The notes under the pieces: model-generated
Seen by the model: only the letters and a program-made list of their open reading frames with translations
Databases searched by the model: none
What the model was told of the DNA's origin: nothing
Position numbers and translations under genes: made by a program
DNA from: Protoeuglena noctilucae
Lineage: Eukaryota
Assembly (NCBI GenBank): GCA_958009085.1
Contig: OY253673.1
Span: forward strand, 1,240,001-1,304,000
DNA length: 64,000 nucleotides
Direction: 5' to 3'
Part shown: positions 1-14,100 of the stretch, piece after piece
Layout of the letters: each line of letters starts with the position of its first letter
Numbering within the stretch: position 1 is the stretch's first letter

Positions 1-278
1 AGGAGCTCTCACCTGCCGTCTCGTGCGCCCCCGGCCGCGCCATGGCCGGACATCGATATGCGTGAAGACGGAGGCACGGGGGGAGCGCGCTGGGCCCCCT
101 CCGCGCATCTCACGCGAGAACACTGCGGCATGTCGCCCCGGACCGCGCATTTGCGACACGGGCCGACACGCAAATGCTAGCGAGGGTTTTACCCACTTCT
201 TCCCCTTGCAATCAATTTCGCGCGGAGGCGCTTCCGCTGACCAGCAGCCGCATCCTTTTCGCCCGAAAGTCGCCCGAG

Positions 279-3045
279 ATGAGGTCCCGACGGCTGTTGG
301 CCGCGCTGGGCCGGCCCGTCTCGCTGGGCCGGCCAGCGGACGGGGCGCAGCCTTTCTCGGCCCAAGCTGCGCCAAAGCAGGAGGACCTGGTGCCCGTGTT
401 CGTCGATGGGAAGCAGGTCAATGTTCCGAAGGGCGCGTCGGTCCTGCAGGCGTGCGATGCGGCGGGGATCGACATTCCAAGGTGCGCTCCGAGTCCGTGC
501 ACGTAGGACGCACTCGGGCAGTGGCGGGCTGGGCCTCAGCGCGTCGGCCGCGCCAGCTGATGGCCTGCGCGCGGAGGGGGGCCCCGCCCCGCCCTCTCCG
601 CCGGGGACAGCGGGCGCGAGTGAGCCATCGCTTTTCGTACGCAGGTTCTGCTACCATCCGCGCCTCTCCATTGCCGGGAACTGCCGCATGTGCTTGGTCG
701 AGGTGGGGCGCAGGCCCTTGCCACCCCCCGTCCCTGCCTTCCGCGGCCCGCGCGAGCGCCAGCGCGCTTCACGAAGATGCTCAGTCATGCTCCTTTCCGC
801 CCTGCAATTCGACGGCCGCGGACGCGCACGCAGGTCGAGAAGGCGCCGAAGCCCGTCGCGTCGTGCGCCTTCCCCATCATGCCCAACATGAGCATCAAGA
901 CCAACACGCCGACGGTGAAGAAGGCTCGCGAGGGCGTCATGGAGTTCCTGCTCATCAACCACCCCCTGGACTGCCCCATCTGCGACCAGGGCGGCGAGTG
1001 CGACTTGCAGGACCAGGCCATGTCGTTTGGGTCGGACCGCTCGCGCTTCACAGAGATGAAGGTGCGTGCGCGGCCGCGGCTGAACGTGCGCGCGCCACTA
1101 CCCGATCGGCGCCAGGGCCGCGTGGCTCCAGAGTCTCCCTATCTGGGGCGCACAGACCGAGGCGCTGTGCACCCCGCCTCCGCCCCTTTGCAGCGCTCGG
1201 TGGAGGACAAGAACCTCGGCCCGCTGGTGAAGACGGTCATGACGCGGTGCATCCACTGCACGCGCTGCGTGCGCTTCGCGAACGAGGTGGCGGGGGTGCC
1301 GGACCTGGGCATGACGGGCCGCGGGCGCGACTCGGAGATCGGCACGTACGTCGAGAAGCTCATGGCGTCGGAGCTGTCCGGCAACGTGATCGACCTGTGC
1401 CCGGTGGGCGCCCTGACGTCCAAGCCGTCGGCCTTCACCTACCGGAACTGGGAGCTGCGGCCGACCGAGACGATCGACGTGTCGGACGGCCTCGGGAGCA
1501 GCATCCGCGTGGACGCCCGGGGCACCGAGATCATCCGCATCGTGCCGCGGCTCAACGAGGAGGTGAACGAGGAGTGGATCTCGGACAAGGCGCGGTTCCA
1601 GTACGACGGTCTCAAGCGGCAGCGGCTCACGGTGCCGTACGTCAAGGCGGGCGAGGGGTCCGCGCCGCTGCGGCCGTCCAAGTGGCCCGAGGCCGTCGCG
1701 GCGGCGGCAGCGCTCCTGAAGGGCGCCGACCCGGCCCGCGTTCGCTTCGTCGCCGGCAAGCTGACGGACGTGGAGACGCTCGTGGCGGCGCGGGACCTCC
1801 TGGCGCGGCTCGGCGGCGGCGACGCGCGGTTCGAGGCGCTCCCGGCGGACCTGAGCCCCGACCTCCGCTCCACGTACGTCATGAACGCGGGCATCTGGGG
1901 CCTGGAGGACGCCGACGCGGTGCTGCTGGTGGGCACCAACACCCGCCTCGAGGCGCCGGTGCTCAACGCGCGCATCCGCCGCGTCACCACGACGGGCACG
2001 GTCGTCGGCGTCGTGGGCCCGGCCGCCGACCTCACCTTCCCCTACACGCAATGCGGCGACTCGGCCAAGGCCCTCAAGGATGCCGCGGAGGGCAAGGGGC
2101 CCTTCGGGGCCACGCTCAAGGCGGCCAAGAACACCATGGTCATCGTTGGGTCCGCGGTGCTCAGGTGAGGGGCCGCGACTGGCCGACAGGCCGAGCGTCT
2201 GGGCTGGCCATGCAGAGCACGAGACATTCAGGAACCTTGAGCTCGGCCCCCCGCAGGCGGCCCGACCGGGACGCCATCATGGCGCTGGCAGCGCAAGTGG
2301 GCGCCAACGTGAACGTGCTGCAGGACACGGCCGGCGCGGCAGGGGCGCTGGACGTGGGTTTCGTGCCGTCGGCGGCGGCGCTGGCCTCCAAGGCGGCCCC
2401 GGAGGTGGTGGTGCTCCTGGGCTCGGACGACTACCCGTCCGAGTGGGTGCCCGACTCGGCCAAGGTCATTTACCTGGGTTCGCACGGGGAGCGCGGCGCG
2501 GCGCGCGCCGACGTGGTGCTGCCCGGGGCGGCCTACACGGAGAAGAGCGCGACGTGGGTGAACACGGAGGGCCGGGCGCAGCGGTCCAAGGCGGTCGTGG
2601 CGCTCCCGGGGGAGGCGCGGGAGGACTGGGAGGTGGTGCGGGCGGTGTCGGAGCTGGCGGGGGTGACGCTGCCGTACGACTCTGTGGCCGAGGTGCGGCA
2701 GCGCATGTTCGACATCGCGCCGCACCTGGTCCGCGCCGGGGCGCGCGAGGCGCCGCTCTTCATGGTGGGCGAGGCCATCAACCTGGCCAAGGGGGGCGCG
2801 GCGACGGCGGAGGCGCTCCGGTGAGGCACCCAGCGCGCGCGCGGTGACGCAGCGGGACGCGGACGGTGGAGAAAAGGCGCGACGCATGTGCGTTTCGCCA
2901 CCGCAGGGGCTCCATCGACAACTTCTACCAGACGGACGTCGTTTCGCGGGCGTCCCGCGTCATGGCGCGGTGCGTGGTGGCCAAGCGGGAGATGCGGTAC
3001 GAGCCTGGCCACCACGCGCCCCAGCGGGCAGCGGCGCACGCCTGA
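279..3045 (+). CDS. NDUFS1: Mitochondrial NADH:ubiquinone oxidoreductase 75 kDa Fe-S subunit (6 exons)
   Basis: Spliced peptides match the family: [92 protein letters not shown] and C-terminal [18 protein letters not shown] introns start at about 482, 703, 1062, 2165 and 2821. The N-terminus is Arg-rich, like a presequence. Confidence 0.97.
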
Positions 3046-4284
3046 CGGGCTGCTAGGAACTGATGTAGGCCCTGCCCGGGCCGCACATGCGAGGAGACTG
3101 AGAGCTAGGTTGACAGAACTTTTGCCGGGTTGAATGGAATGTCCCTGCCCGAACGCGACGCATTACGTGAAAGACGGGGCGTGGGAACGCGACGGGCTAG
3201 TGCTTAGTGCTTGCCACTGGGCCCCTTGTCGCCCTTGTGGCCCTTGCCCTTGCGCTCCGTGGCGCCGCTGTTCTTCCCGCTCACGGGGTGCGCCTTGTCG
3301 TCAGACGCTCTGGGCACGCCAACCTTCTGCGGGTCAGAGCAGGGAGGTGTTGCTGAGGTGTCGCGCTGCATTGGTGTGCTGTGCTGTGCCGAGGGCCCTG
3401 CGCGCCACGCGCCTCGGCCTCGGGTTTCTTCCCCTCCGTGGCGTTGGGCACATTCGTGTGGGCCTTCTGGCTGTGGTCGCGCCCCTGCGGATGTCCCGAG
3501 GGGGTGCAGAAAGGCTTTGCAGTGCGACCTAGACCCAACCGGCGTTAGCGGTCGACAGTGCGTAAATCGGCACAGGGAGTGGTCCTGGCCATTGAAATGA
3601 TGAATTGATAGCGCAGGGCGGCCGATGCGAGGGGATACGGGGACAGGCGAGCAAACGCCGGTGACCAACCACCTCTACACCTCTACCCGGCCCTCTGGAA
3701 TCCGCTGCGCGCCCCCTCGCGGCAGCAAGCCGTGGATGCTGAACGAATGAAGATATTATTGAACTCCGAGGCTAAGGAAGGGAGCTCTAACGGCTGTGCG
3801 GCGCTCACCATGGTGCTGGCTTCAGTCACGAAAAGCACGTCGATGCAGCGAGTATCGGTCCAGAGATTGGCTCTGATGGACGCTTGTGGATGCAAAGAAT
3901 GGCGGCAGGGGAGGCAGCGGCCGCCCTTTTGAGGAACGCGGCTGTTTCACTGGCGCCACCGCAGCCCGGCACGCGGGTCCTGCAGCGCGACTACTACGCG
4001 CACTACGGCTCAGTCTCTTACTTTTTGAACGTGGGAATGCAAGATCTACTGTGTGCGGCGTCCGGGGCTGCCGCTGCATGCCGCCTGGGGCGCCGCGCAG
4101 TATTGCATGTCAACGGCTGCCAGACGCGTGGCCGTTGGATGCGGGGAAGGAAAACGAAGCGGCAGGCGACGACCCGAAGAGCTCCACTCCCGACCCGAAC
4201 GAGCCGTGCACCGATCCGGACTGCGAGGCCGCGCTGTTGAGCGGGTCCATCGACGCTGCGGTCGCAAGGCGAACAAGCAATGAG

Positions 4285-6049
4285 TCATCCTCCTCTCGCC
4301 GGCCCACCCAGCGCCGGCTTGGGAAGCTGCTGGACACCGCTCGCGTTCTCACCCGTGACGGGCAGGAGCGGCTGCCCCATGCCCTTCTTGCGTAGCTTCT
4401 CTGCGTACTTGACCACAGAGTACCACACGCCGCCCGCCATGTTCATCCCGATGCCCAGCTGCGGGGAACACGCATGCCGGATCGCATCACCAAGCGACCC
4501 CGATGCCAGCGCCCACACGGAATGCCCAGCTAGCGTTGGCCCCGTCTCCTCCGCCCGCACCATGCCATGCGCCTCCCCCAATCGGCCCACGCGGCGCTCA
4601 CCGCGTTGACCCAGTGGAACTGGACGTGGTTCATCCAAAAGAAGCCGAGGACGGTGGCGAAGACGCCCTTGAGCACCCCGACGACCGTGGTGGTGAGGGC
4701 CGAGTTGTACACGGTGCAGAAGAAGAGCGCGAAGTTGAGGAGGACCCCCAGGGCGCTGCAGAGGGCCACGAGGAGCGTGAAGAGGGGGTTCTGCGCCTGA
4801 GCGGCCGCGTACCGACCCCAGCACGTCCACGCCTCCCCCGTGACCAGCATGAGGATGCCCAGGAAGGGCAGCGAGAGAAGCGCGTTGTACTCCAGAAGCT
4901 CCGCTGTCGTGATGCCTTTCTCCGCCCCTGCGAATCGAACCCAAAACCGATGGTCGACTGGCCGGCAGATGACCACCTCCCCGCGTCTCGAATCCATTCT
5001 GGGAGTGCTGCGGCATGTCTTGCACAGAGCAGCGGCAGCGCAGCGCGTGGTCTCACCCGTGGTCTCGACGAGGAGGAGGTAGCTGGCCTGGAGCAGGCAC
5101 GAGAGGAGGGCGCAGACGTAGCCCCGGGCGTCGAAGGCAAGGTCTCCGCTGGCGGCCACCACGCACCCCGCCACTATCACGGTGACGGAGAGGGTGGTGC
5201 CGGTCGAGGGCGCCTTGCGGGTCATGAGGGCTTTGAGGACGAGGACGATGATGGGCGAGAGGCGCTTGAGGGCGTTGTACATGGGGATATTCAACGCCTG
5301 CAGGCCCGCCAGGGCGAACCCGGTGTTGGCCGTGTAGAGGAGGGTGACGGGGAGCAGGTGGCGGGCGCGGTCCCAGTCCATGCTCTTGATCTGCGGGCGC
5401 AGCAGGAGGCCCGCTCGCAAATCGGAGCAGCCAGGCACGCGTCGACCATGCCGGGCGCGCCGCGGCCCACCTGGACGACCCCGGCGAACTTCAGTGGCAA
5501 CAGGATGAGGACCGTGACAATCATTTGCAGAAACAGAAGTGTAGTGGGGAACGGAAACGCCAGGACGGTGGCCTTGTTCACGAAATTCTGCACGCACGCA
5601 GGCGGGATCCATCACGCAGAACCAGCGCCGCGTGGAAGCGCCCTGGGCGAGGCCGCGCCCAGCCGCTCGATTCTATGGACGCGCAGTTGTGCGACGGAGC
5701 AGGAATGAGTGCCGCCGCGATCCACCCATGCTGCCCACCATGACCACAGCGACCGTGCCATACAGCACGGCGGAAAAGGCCGAGAGCGCGGTTCCCCGAT
5801 GGATGGCGGGTCCCACGACGCCCTTCTCCAGACTCCACGCGTTGTCCTTCGAGTTGGTGTGGGAATGTGACCCCGCGGGGTCCAGCAAGGGCTGGCCATG
5901 CTGCGGGGAGGGCGAACTCGCTCGAGCGCGCCGCTGTCTCGCTGCGAATAGCGCGCATCATGTACGATGCAGCAATCCACCTTCCCGGCATATCCTCTCG
6001 GCGGCTTCCCCGTCCTATGGAAGCCGATGGTGAGGCTGTGGGCGGTCAT
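4285..6049 (-). CDS. Nucleotide-sugar transporter (SLC35D/UTr7-like, TPT/DMT superfamily)
   Basis: Multi-TM peptides AVLYGTVAVVM|NFVNKAT, ALNIPMYNALKRLSP, LLNFALFFCTVYNSALTTTVVGVLKG and GIGMNMAGGVWYSVVKY, joined by GT-AG introns. The start codon is uncertain. Confidence 0.85.
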
Positions 6050-6442
6050 CCAGCCTGGCTGCTCATGGGCGTGACAGTCCGGCCACACGTCCTAGCAGCA
6101 ATTGCTGACAGCGACGGCCAGACCGCTAGCGCCCGCCCTCCTAGTGCTCTTCGTCGAAAGTGGGAGCGCGCACAGCGATGCGAGCAAAGCGACCCAAGGG
6201 ACCCTCCTTTGCGCATAGGCCGGCAATGACTGTCACATGGACGCATTTGCAACGCAGGTGGATGGCCGGGGGCCCCTCAGCGCCTGTCCCTGGCCAGAGG
6301 TGCCAGAACTTGCGCTGACATGCCCGTTTCCAGCGCGAACATCCGTTCCGGAGGTGCGTCGCACTGCGCAACTTCCTCGTCCCCTGTCCTCACACGTCGG
6401 GGACTGCATGCTTTGCTTGATCTGCCTGGGCTGAGCCACGAA

Positions 6443-8744
6443 ATGCAGGCCGACACGAACACGACGGCCTACAGCTTCAGGTGAAGGGCTCCGAGATGCA
6501 GCTCGCTGCTTCACGGGTGTCGCATGGGGACTGCGCGTGGATGCCGCCCTGCCGGGTCCTCGGTGCGACGCAATTCCGCCTGTGGCGCTGGCCCACCCGA
6601 GCACCGCCCGCACAAGCGAAGTTGCAGCGCTCGCTCCGGCCTGCAGGCAGCTTGCAAGGCTGGCGGTGCGAGCGTTTCATGCGGGACATCACGGCGAGAA
6701 CATGAAGGAGGCGAGGCGCTGTGACTGGATGCGCCCTTGCAACAAGCGCTCGCGAGCTCTCCAGCCCCCGCGGACTCGCGCCATGGCCTGTTCTTCTGTC
6801 GCAGAAGGACAACTCGGGCCTGGCGGTCATGGTGGTGGACTTTATGACGAGCCCCCAGCGCGAGTGGGTCGCGGAGGACGAGATTGCCAACCGGCTGTGC
6901 ATGGACCGTCGGCAGGTCTCCGTGGTGCTTAAGGCGCTGCGCAAGCTGCGGTTCGTGATGCACGAGAGCGCCGTCATCAACGGGAAGAGGGAGAAGGGAG
7001 TCACCGTGCAGGCCCAGGTGTGGCAGCGGAGACACGGGGGCAGTGCAGGCAGGCACACCAATGATGGACTTTACCAATGGTAGCCACGCGCCCGCCAGTG
7101 CCTGAGACATGACCGACCGCATGCAGGACGTGCACGTGGACGACAGCAAGCGTGAGTACAACGACGACGATGACCGACCGCGCCGGGAGGACCAGGAGAA
7201 GCGAGTCATTGATTTCTGGGCCATGGACTACCCCTCCATGGTGCGTGTGTGCGATTCACCCAATGTGCATACTCTTCGAAAAGCCAGGAGTCGTAGCAGA
7301 GTGCGCGGGCAGCGACATGTACCTGTCGACGGGGCAACAGGCACGCGCATGCCGCCACGCCGTGACGTGCTTTGGGCTTCTCATATACCGACGCAGTTGG
7401 ACATGGTTCGGCTGCGGGTGGCCCGTGCGGAGAAGCTCCTGGAGGTGGAGGGTCCGGAGGAGGCCAAGGACGACGGCTTCATCTGTGTGCAATGCGCCGA
7501 GCTGGCGGGGTATCGCCACAAGTGGAGCGTCCTGGATGCAGTGCAGCTGCTCGACCCTGCCACGCACACCCTGCGGTGCCCCACATGCAGGTAAGACCAC
7601 GCGCTCACGTCACATCCGCTCCGACCCTCTCGTGCAAAAGCGTGGCGGGGGTGGCTTGGGTGACCCCAGGCGCGCCACCCACGTCTGCCTGCCGCCCTGC
7701 GTCCAGGACCGGGCTAATTTCGGAAGAACAGTGGATTCTGCAGCGCGCACGTGGCCAAGTGGCCAATGGAGGGGAGGCGGGGCCTGGGCCCGAGGAGGGC
7801 GCTTCGGCGGGGGTTGCCCCGGACGTCGTCGAGTCTCTACTATCGCTGATCCAGCGCGTGGGGTTGGATTTGATGCGAGCCAAGTTCCGCACGCAACTCC
7901 AGGGGATCCTGGATGTGCTGGGGCGGACGCGGGGGCAAGACCCGCCGGACTTCGGGACCTTCATCGGATGGCATCGGGTGCAGATGGCCAAGCGCAGGGA
8001 GGCTGCCGAGAAGGCGAGCGCGGTGGCGCAGGGCGCGTGTAGATGCTGTAGAATGCCAGGGATCGACTCGAGGGTGCAGGCGCCGATGCCGAGTTCGCTC
8101 ATGTGTACACGGGGGTTGTTTGCGGCCTAGGATCGTGCTGCGTGCTTTGACTGACCGCAGAAGGCGGAGGAGGCGCGCAGCAAAGAGCTGGCGGGGCTGG
8201 GACGGCCGGGGGGCAGTGCAGGGGCAGGGGCGGGGTCCCATACACGGCGTGGGCCTGGGCTGTCGCAGTCGGCGCTGCCTTGGGAGGAGTCTGTGGACGC
8301 GGAGGCTGCGCCGGAGGAGAAGGTGAGAGGAACAGGCGGGGAGGAGGCGGGCTCGTGCGTGCGTAAGTGCGTGCGTGCATCAGACGTCCCGGTGTAAGCC
8401 CATCGCCTGCCAATCAGCATGGCCGCTCACATGTGCACTTCGTACATGGTGCCTCGCTGCAGGGTGCGCTGCCGTGGCTGATGGGCGCGGCGGCGGCGGC
8501 CAGGGTGGCGGTGGCGGGGGGACCAGGGTCGTCAGCAGCCGCAGCAGCACAGCCGGGGGCGCCAGATCTGTCAGTCAGCGAGCCACCGGCCAAGCGAATC
8601 AAGGTGGAGGAGGAAGGGGCAGGGGCGGGGGCGATCCCCGCACCTGGGGCGGGGGCGGCACAAGACGACGATTTGGAATGGGAGGAAGCGGGAGGGGCCG
8701 AGGGTGGGGCAGACGAGGGCGGGCTTGAGTGGGAGGAGCTGTGA
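6443..8744 (+). CDS. GTF2E1: General transcription factor TFIIE alpha subunit
   Basis: FRQLARLAVRAF..DNSGLAVMVVDFM..WVAEDEIANRL resembles the plant TFIIE-alpha winged helix. It has a Zn ribbon (CVQC...LRCPTC), PPDFGTF and an acidic tail DDDLEWEE. About 8 exons, two with GC donors (6711, 8014). Confidence 0.9.
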
Positions 8745-9064
8745 GGAGTTTGGTCTTGTCTTGGGACTGCCACTTGCTTGCCAGCATCAGCAATGCTGGC
8801 GTTACCCTATTGATTCCTTCACCGCTGCCCATTTCTTCTATTCAACACCAGCTATTTGGATCATCAATGGCCTGCCACTTTAAAGCTGAAACTCGACCTC
8901 GCCTCCCCTCGACGAATGAGCGATGGAGTCCGTCCATTGTGTCCCGGCGCTGGGCAGGCTGACCCGCTCCTCTCCCAACCTCTGCATGGGTGGGCAACGA
9001 CGGCAGTCGCGAGCACGATTGACCCAACGTGCGATGGCCAGCATTAAAAAAACGTAAGACGCAT

Positions 9065-10416
9065 TCAAAGACACCAGAGCCCACGACCGTCACCCATGCA
9101 GCACGCCCGCACCTCGACGCCCACCATGCCCCGCACGATGATCCGCGCCCCGTACACGGCGCAGAGCGAGCTCGGGTCGCAGTTCCGGAACATGCTGCTT
9201 CCCGATAGCTCCACGAAGCTGCCGGCGCCCTTGGCGCGGACCGACTGCATGGGTATCCCCACAAACTCGCAGTCTGCGGGGGTGGCAGAGAGCAGTATGT
9301 GTCAGATGCTGGCCAGTCCCAGCTGCATATCGCCATATATACGTACCGAAAGGAGATAAAATTGGGTCATTTCACACCTGTGATACTGGCGTGGGCACCC
9401 CCAAAGACGTAGACGCCGAAATGTTTGGCCGACACCCGGCATCGCTCAAGGCGCAGAGAGCAACCGCGCTCAGCCGCCACGCATCCCATGCCCAGCGCGT
9501 CCCGCACCGTGCAGCCCTCCATGGACACGGCGCTGCCCTGCACACAGCAAACGTTGGAGGCCCCCCGCACGCCCACCATGTCGCAAGCTTGCATGGACAC
9601 CTGCGCCCCTCCCACCGCCTGCACGCAACGACCAGGACTGTGCTGTTTGCTGTTGGCTGAGCCAGGGCCATGCCCCAGATGCTGGGACGCTGGGGTAGCG
9701 ACAGCGACCAGGGAAGGGTCGCGTGAGAGCGATACCGTGACTTGCGCACAGTACGTCACGTTGCTCTCCCACCTGCACGGCGTACCCCGCGCATCCGTGG
9801 ACCCAGCAGCCCTGCAGGGTGGCTGACCCGCCATCCACAATCAAGGCCGCCCCCGCTCGCTGACTGGGCGCGCGCCCCTCCATTGCAGATCCCGCCGTGC
9901 CCCTCCAGCCGCCCTCCACGAATCCCACGTTGCAAAAACTGACGTTCCGCGCCACCACCACCAAACACGCCGCCACCGGCACCCGCCGGCTCGCCACCAT
10001 CTCCTCGACGCCCGCGTCATCGACAGCTGCCCCAGCGGGACCGTCCCTTGCGCCCACGCCCGACGGGGAGCGGAGGCGGTACTTGAAACCACTTTGGAAA
10101 ACGATGGTGCCGTTCGCGAGGGTCACGCCGTCCCGGTCCAGCAGTAGGGCTGGCTGGGGCTGCAGGGCAAGCGGCAGGGTGCACAGTCGACCAACAGGAG
10201 CGGTGACGGAGCAGTGGTGCAAATGGATGGGGTCTGGTCCAAACCATTTCTACTCACGTCTGGCATGTGGATGGTGCGCCCTCCCAGGTCGATCACGCGG
10301 CACCGGGGGAGGGCCAGAAGGGACTGGAGCTCTCGCATCGTCCCATCCACCAGGCGCACGCACTCCAGGGTGTTTGCCGCAATGCTGACGCACAGCTCCT
10401 GGGGAACACGCGCCAT
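9065..10416 (-). CDS. Right-handed parallel beta-helix (pectin lyase-like) repeat protein
   Basis: Repeating motifs ATLQGCWVHG, VSMQACDMVG, VSMEGCTVRD and LRLERCRVS, plus GVTLANGTI, in 4 exons. The start may lie further upstream (about 10550). Confidence 0.6.
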
Positions 10417-11154
10417 CGCCCTCAAAACCGCTCGCTCGTCGTCGCTTGCGGCATCGTTCGCGGCGGAGCGTGCGAGGAACGGCCCAGAACCTAGCACGAC
10501 CAGCGTGGCGAAACCCGCCACGATGCGCTGCGAGGAAAGCTTACACCATCGTGTTGTAATATCCACAGAAATTGACAAAAGCCAACAGTGCCAATCACGC
10601 CACAGTTGCCACCTTTATCGCTCCCGGCTCGTCGCGGGACCCTGACAATGCCGCGTCATAGGTCAGAGCGCTCAGAGACCCTGCGCAGGGAACATCAGGC
10701 CTCGTGTGGCAGGTGGAAGCTTTATTCGTATGCGTTCTGCGCCGTGATGTGTCCCAATGCGGTGATGATCGCAGGAATCGCGCCTCGCACCTCCCATCCG
10801 TCATCTGCACATAAGTGCTCGGCGGGCCCGCCAACCCGCGCCCTGAAACGCAGAACTCGGGCGCTCCTGGCTGTTTTCGACAAGCAGGGCGAGCCTCCCT
10901 GGGCAGAGACGGCCAGCTGAGCTTCAAGATGGCGCTGCCCAGAGTGAGGAAGGCGGGATGGGAAAGACAAACGGCATTCACCACGTTCAATCAACCATGA
11001 GGGTGCTGAGGAAGTGAATGGGCTGGCGCAGGGAAATCTCCGGCCACCGAAAGGACACGTCAGGCACCAGCGTCAGGCTGCGCCAGCCCCGTGCGTGGAA
11101 GACATCGGCGCAATCGCTCGGCAGCTCCGCTCGGCGAGTCTCGGCAAGTCTCAT

Positions 11155-14100
11155 TCATTTGTCCCCGCTCTCCTTGGCAACCTGTTGCCCTTGCCCCGAA
11201 GCCCGGCTCCCCATCGGGGCCCAGCCCTCGCCCCGCTCGGGGGTGCGCGGGGTGGCCGTGACTGGCAGCCAGGGCAGCTCGGCGGTGGACAGATAAGCGG
11301 CCAGCGCCAGGACCGTGGCGCCCGTGATGGTGGGCGCCATGAGGCTCTTGGTCGCCACCGTCTCCCATGCGAGGAACGCAGAGGTGAGGAACTGCGACAG
11401 GGCGGACCATAGGGCCCGCACGTCGTCGCCGTTCTTGACGAGCTTGCCGGACTCGATGACAGCGGCCCTGCGCGGGAGAGACAGGGGCGACGAGGCGTGA
11501 CGGCGCTGCAGCGCTGCGCCAAGACGGTCTGCAATGCAAAGCCGTGCAGACATAGGGCCCTAAGAAACACGCGCAGCCTCACCGCAGCGCTTGGATGGGG
11601 ACGTTTTCCAGCAGGGCCCTCCGGGACCTGGGCAGGGAGTCGAGGTCCTCTTGCTTGGTGAGTAGCGAGGCGGCCGACATGCTCCGGACTGTGGGGGACT
11701 TCTCAGGGCTCACGTCCAACAGGAGGGTGTCCCTGCGGAGAGAAACAAGAGACCGCGCATTTGCCGGAGCATCTCGACACCTGGCAGAGCCGCAACGGCG
11801 CAGGGGCCGTATTGACAGGCACGGCGCCTTCGCATGCGCATGCGTGCTCGCTGCCAGGCTCACCGCAGCGCCGTGAGCTGCACGAGGGAGATGTTTGCCA
11901 ATCCGCGCTTCTGGGCCCACGCCCCGATCACGTTGGACGTCAGAGCCTGCTTCATCTCCTCCCGCTGCTCCTGCCGCGCCCCAATGCCACCCTCGAAGCG
12001 AAGGTCCGAGACGTAGTGCATCGTCGATATCATCGACTCGCCGGCCGCCACCGTGAGCACCACGGCGGGCGTCAGGAAGGCCGTAGGGACCTGTGGGGGC
12101 GGCGCGAGCGGACCGGTTGGTTGTCGCATGCACGACGTGCGTCGATAGCAAGCCGTAGCCTGGCCAGCACTCGAGGCCCACGTCTGGCGGGCGTTCTTAC
12201 CTGCGGCTGCGCGGCCGCCAGCGCCACCGGGCTCCCCAGCTGGGAGCGCAGGGACAGGAGGGCCGCCCCGTCATCCAGCATCGCCTCAGGCACGAGCGGC
12301 CCCACGAGACTCGAACCCGCGTCGCCGAAGAAGCGGAAGAGCAGCGTGAGACCCACGCCCCTGCGCGGAAGCAAGTCACGGTGCATGTTGGGCCAAAAGC
12401 GGTGGGGCACTTCGAGGGCGGCACACATACACAGGCTCGCGTCGCAGTGAATGTGGCAAGTCGCAGCGTGTCAACAAGTTGATCGGGACGATGTCATTGC
12501 GAATGCCGCTCACCTCACGACCATCTCCGCGTAGGCCAGGGAGGCGACGAACGCCAGCGTCAGCGGTTTCGAAACCCCCTGGATTTGGTCCTTCATGTTG
12601 CCCAGCTCCAGGTCCCGCACCTCCTTGAGCGGCTGGACGAAGTTCGACAGGCCCAGCTGCACATAGGGAAGGAACCATCGCCATTGGCTGTCACACATGG
12701 CATGAGTGACGGCATGCGAGGCATGTTGTCAGCAAGTAGCCTCACCTGCGCCATGAACAGCCCGCTGAGGGCTGCGGTGTAAGCCGCGGTGGTCTGGACG
12801 AAGGAAAGGGTGCCCATGCCTTCCGGGGGCGCCTGCGGGGGCATCGAACGGCGACCAATGACCCCCAGCAATGAGTGTCTCACTCCCTCCAACCAAGTGC
12901 AGCCGCCCCTCGCCGGGCGAGCAACAGTGTCACGGGGCTGCGATGTGTGTGCGCTGATCGGCTCCCTCGCTCACCCAAGGGAACGCCGGCTGCAGCTCCC
13001 CACCGCCCACCCAGCCCCACACGATGTTGACCGTCGCAGCCACCGCCAGGGCGCTCAGGGACGTCAGAACGACCTCGGCCGTGTTCCTCGCGCCCAGCTC
13101 GTCGTCCGCGCTCGCGGCCTGCGGCTGCGGCAGCTGCAGGGTGTTGAGGGTGGGGCCACGCGTGCATCCCGAGTCGCAAGCACACGCAGCCAGCCGGACA
13201 GCCACCTGCTTGTCCCCGGCGCCCGCCTCTGCTTGCGTGGAAAGGCTCTGCATGTAATCTCCCATCAGGCGCTGCATCTCTTGCTCCATGGCCAGATTTG
13301 TCTGCAGGCACGCAACTCACAATGCTTCCTGCCCTGCCCCAGGACCAGCCAAACCCAAACAACTCCGGCGCATGCTCCAGAACCTCGCCTTGAATTTGAA
13401 TTCGCTCTCCAGCTTGTCCAGCAGCCGCTTGTTGTCGTCCATCGCGCGCTTGATCCCCGGGATCGACCCGTTCAGGGCGGCGCGCTCGCTGTCCTCCTCG
13501 AATTTGGTCGTGAGCCGGTCGACCACGCGCACGAAGTCCGCCAGGTCGGAGAGCACGGTGGAGTCCTCCCCGAACCTCTCCTTGTACCGCTGCAGCACGT
13601 TCTTGAGGGGCTCGTTGTCCAGCTGCCGGATGACCTTGTCCACGTCTTGGCGCTTGGCGGGAGGGGTCCCGGACGTCGTGGCCGCCGACGCCGGCTCCTG
13701 CTGCCCCGCGCCCTCGTCCCGGCGCCCCTCACGCACGGCCTGCACGGCCAGCCGCTGGAACTCGTCTCGCACCACCTGCAGGTCCCTCAGCCTCGCGCTC
13801 CCATCCTCCTCCCTGCTCGCATACGCCCTCGCGACTCCACCCGCGATCCCGCCCTTGAGCTGCTCCTCCAGGGCGTCATTCAGCTCCTGGGCATAGCGCT
13901 CGTAGTCCTCCGGGTCGCACGTCTCCGCTCGGTTCAGCGCACGCAGCACCGCCACGTCCGGCGGAGGAATCATGCGGTCGCTGGAAATCCAGCCGAAAAT
14001 CCGCGCGTAGAACTTGCTCCAGAAGCCGGTCAGCTCCTTGAGGAGATCCTCCACGTGCACCGGCTTCCCCTCCTGCGAGCGGGTGATGAGCAACGACACC

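Noticed and set aside
23..2824. 933-aa ORF as a single protein
   Set aside because: It is a stop-poor GC-rich frame crossing NDUFS1 introns, and only some segments are in the true coding frame.
3822..4352. Two same-frame minus-strand ORFs separated by TGA as possible selenocysteine readthrough
   Set aside because: There is no redox motif, recognisable homology or identifiable SECIS, so it is likely chance.
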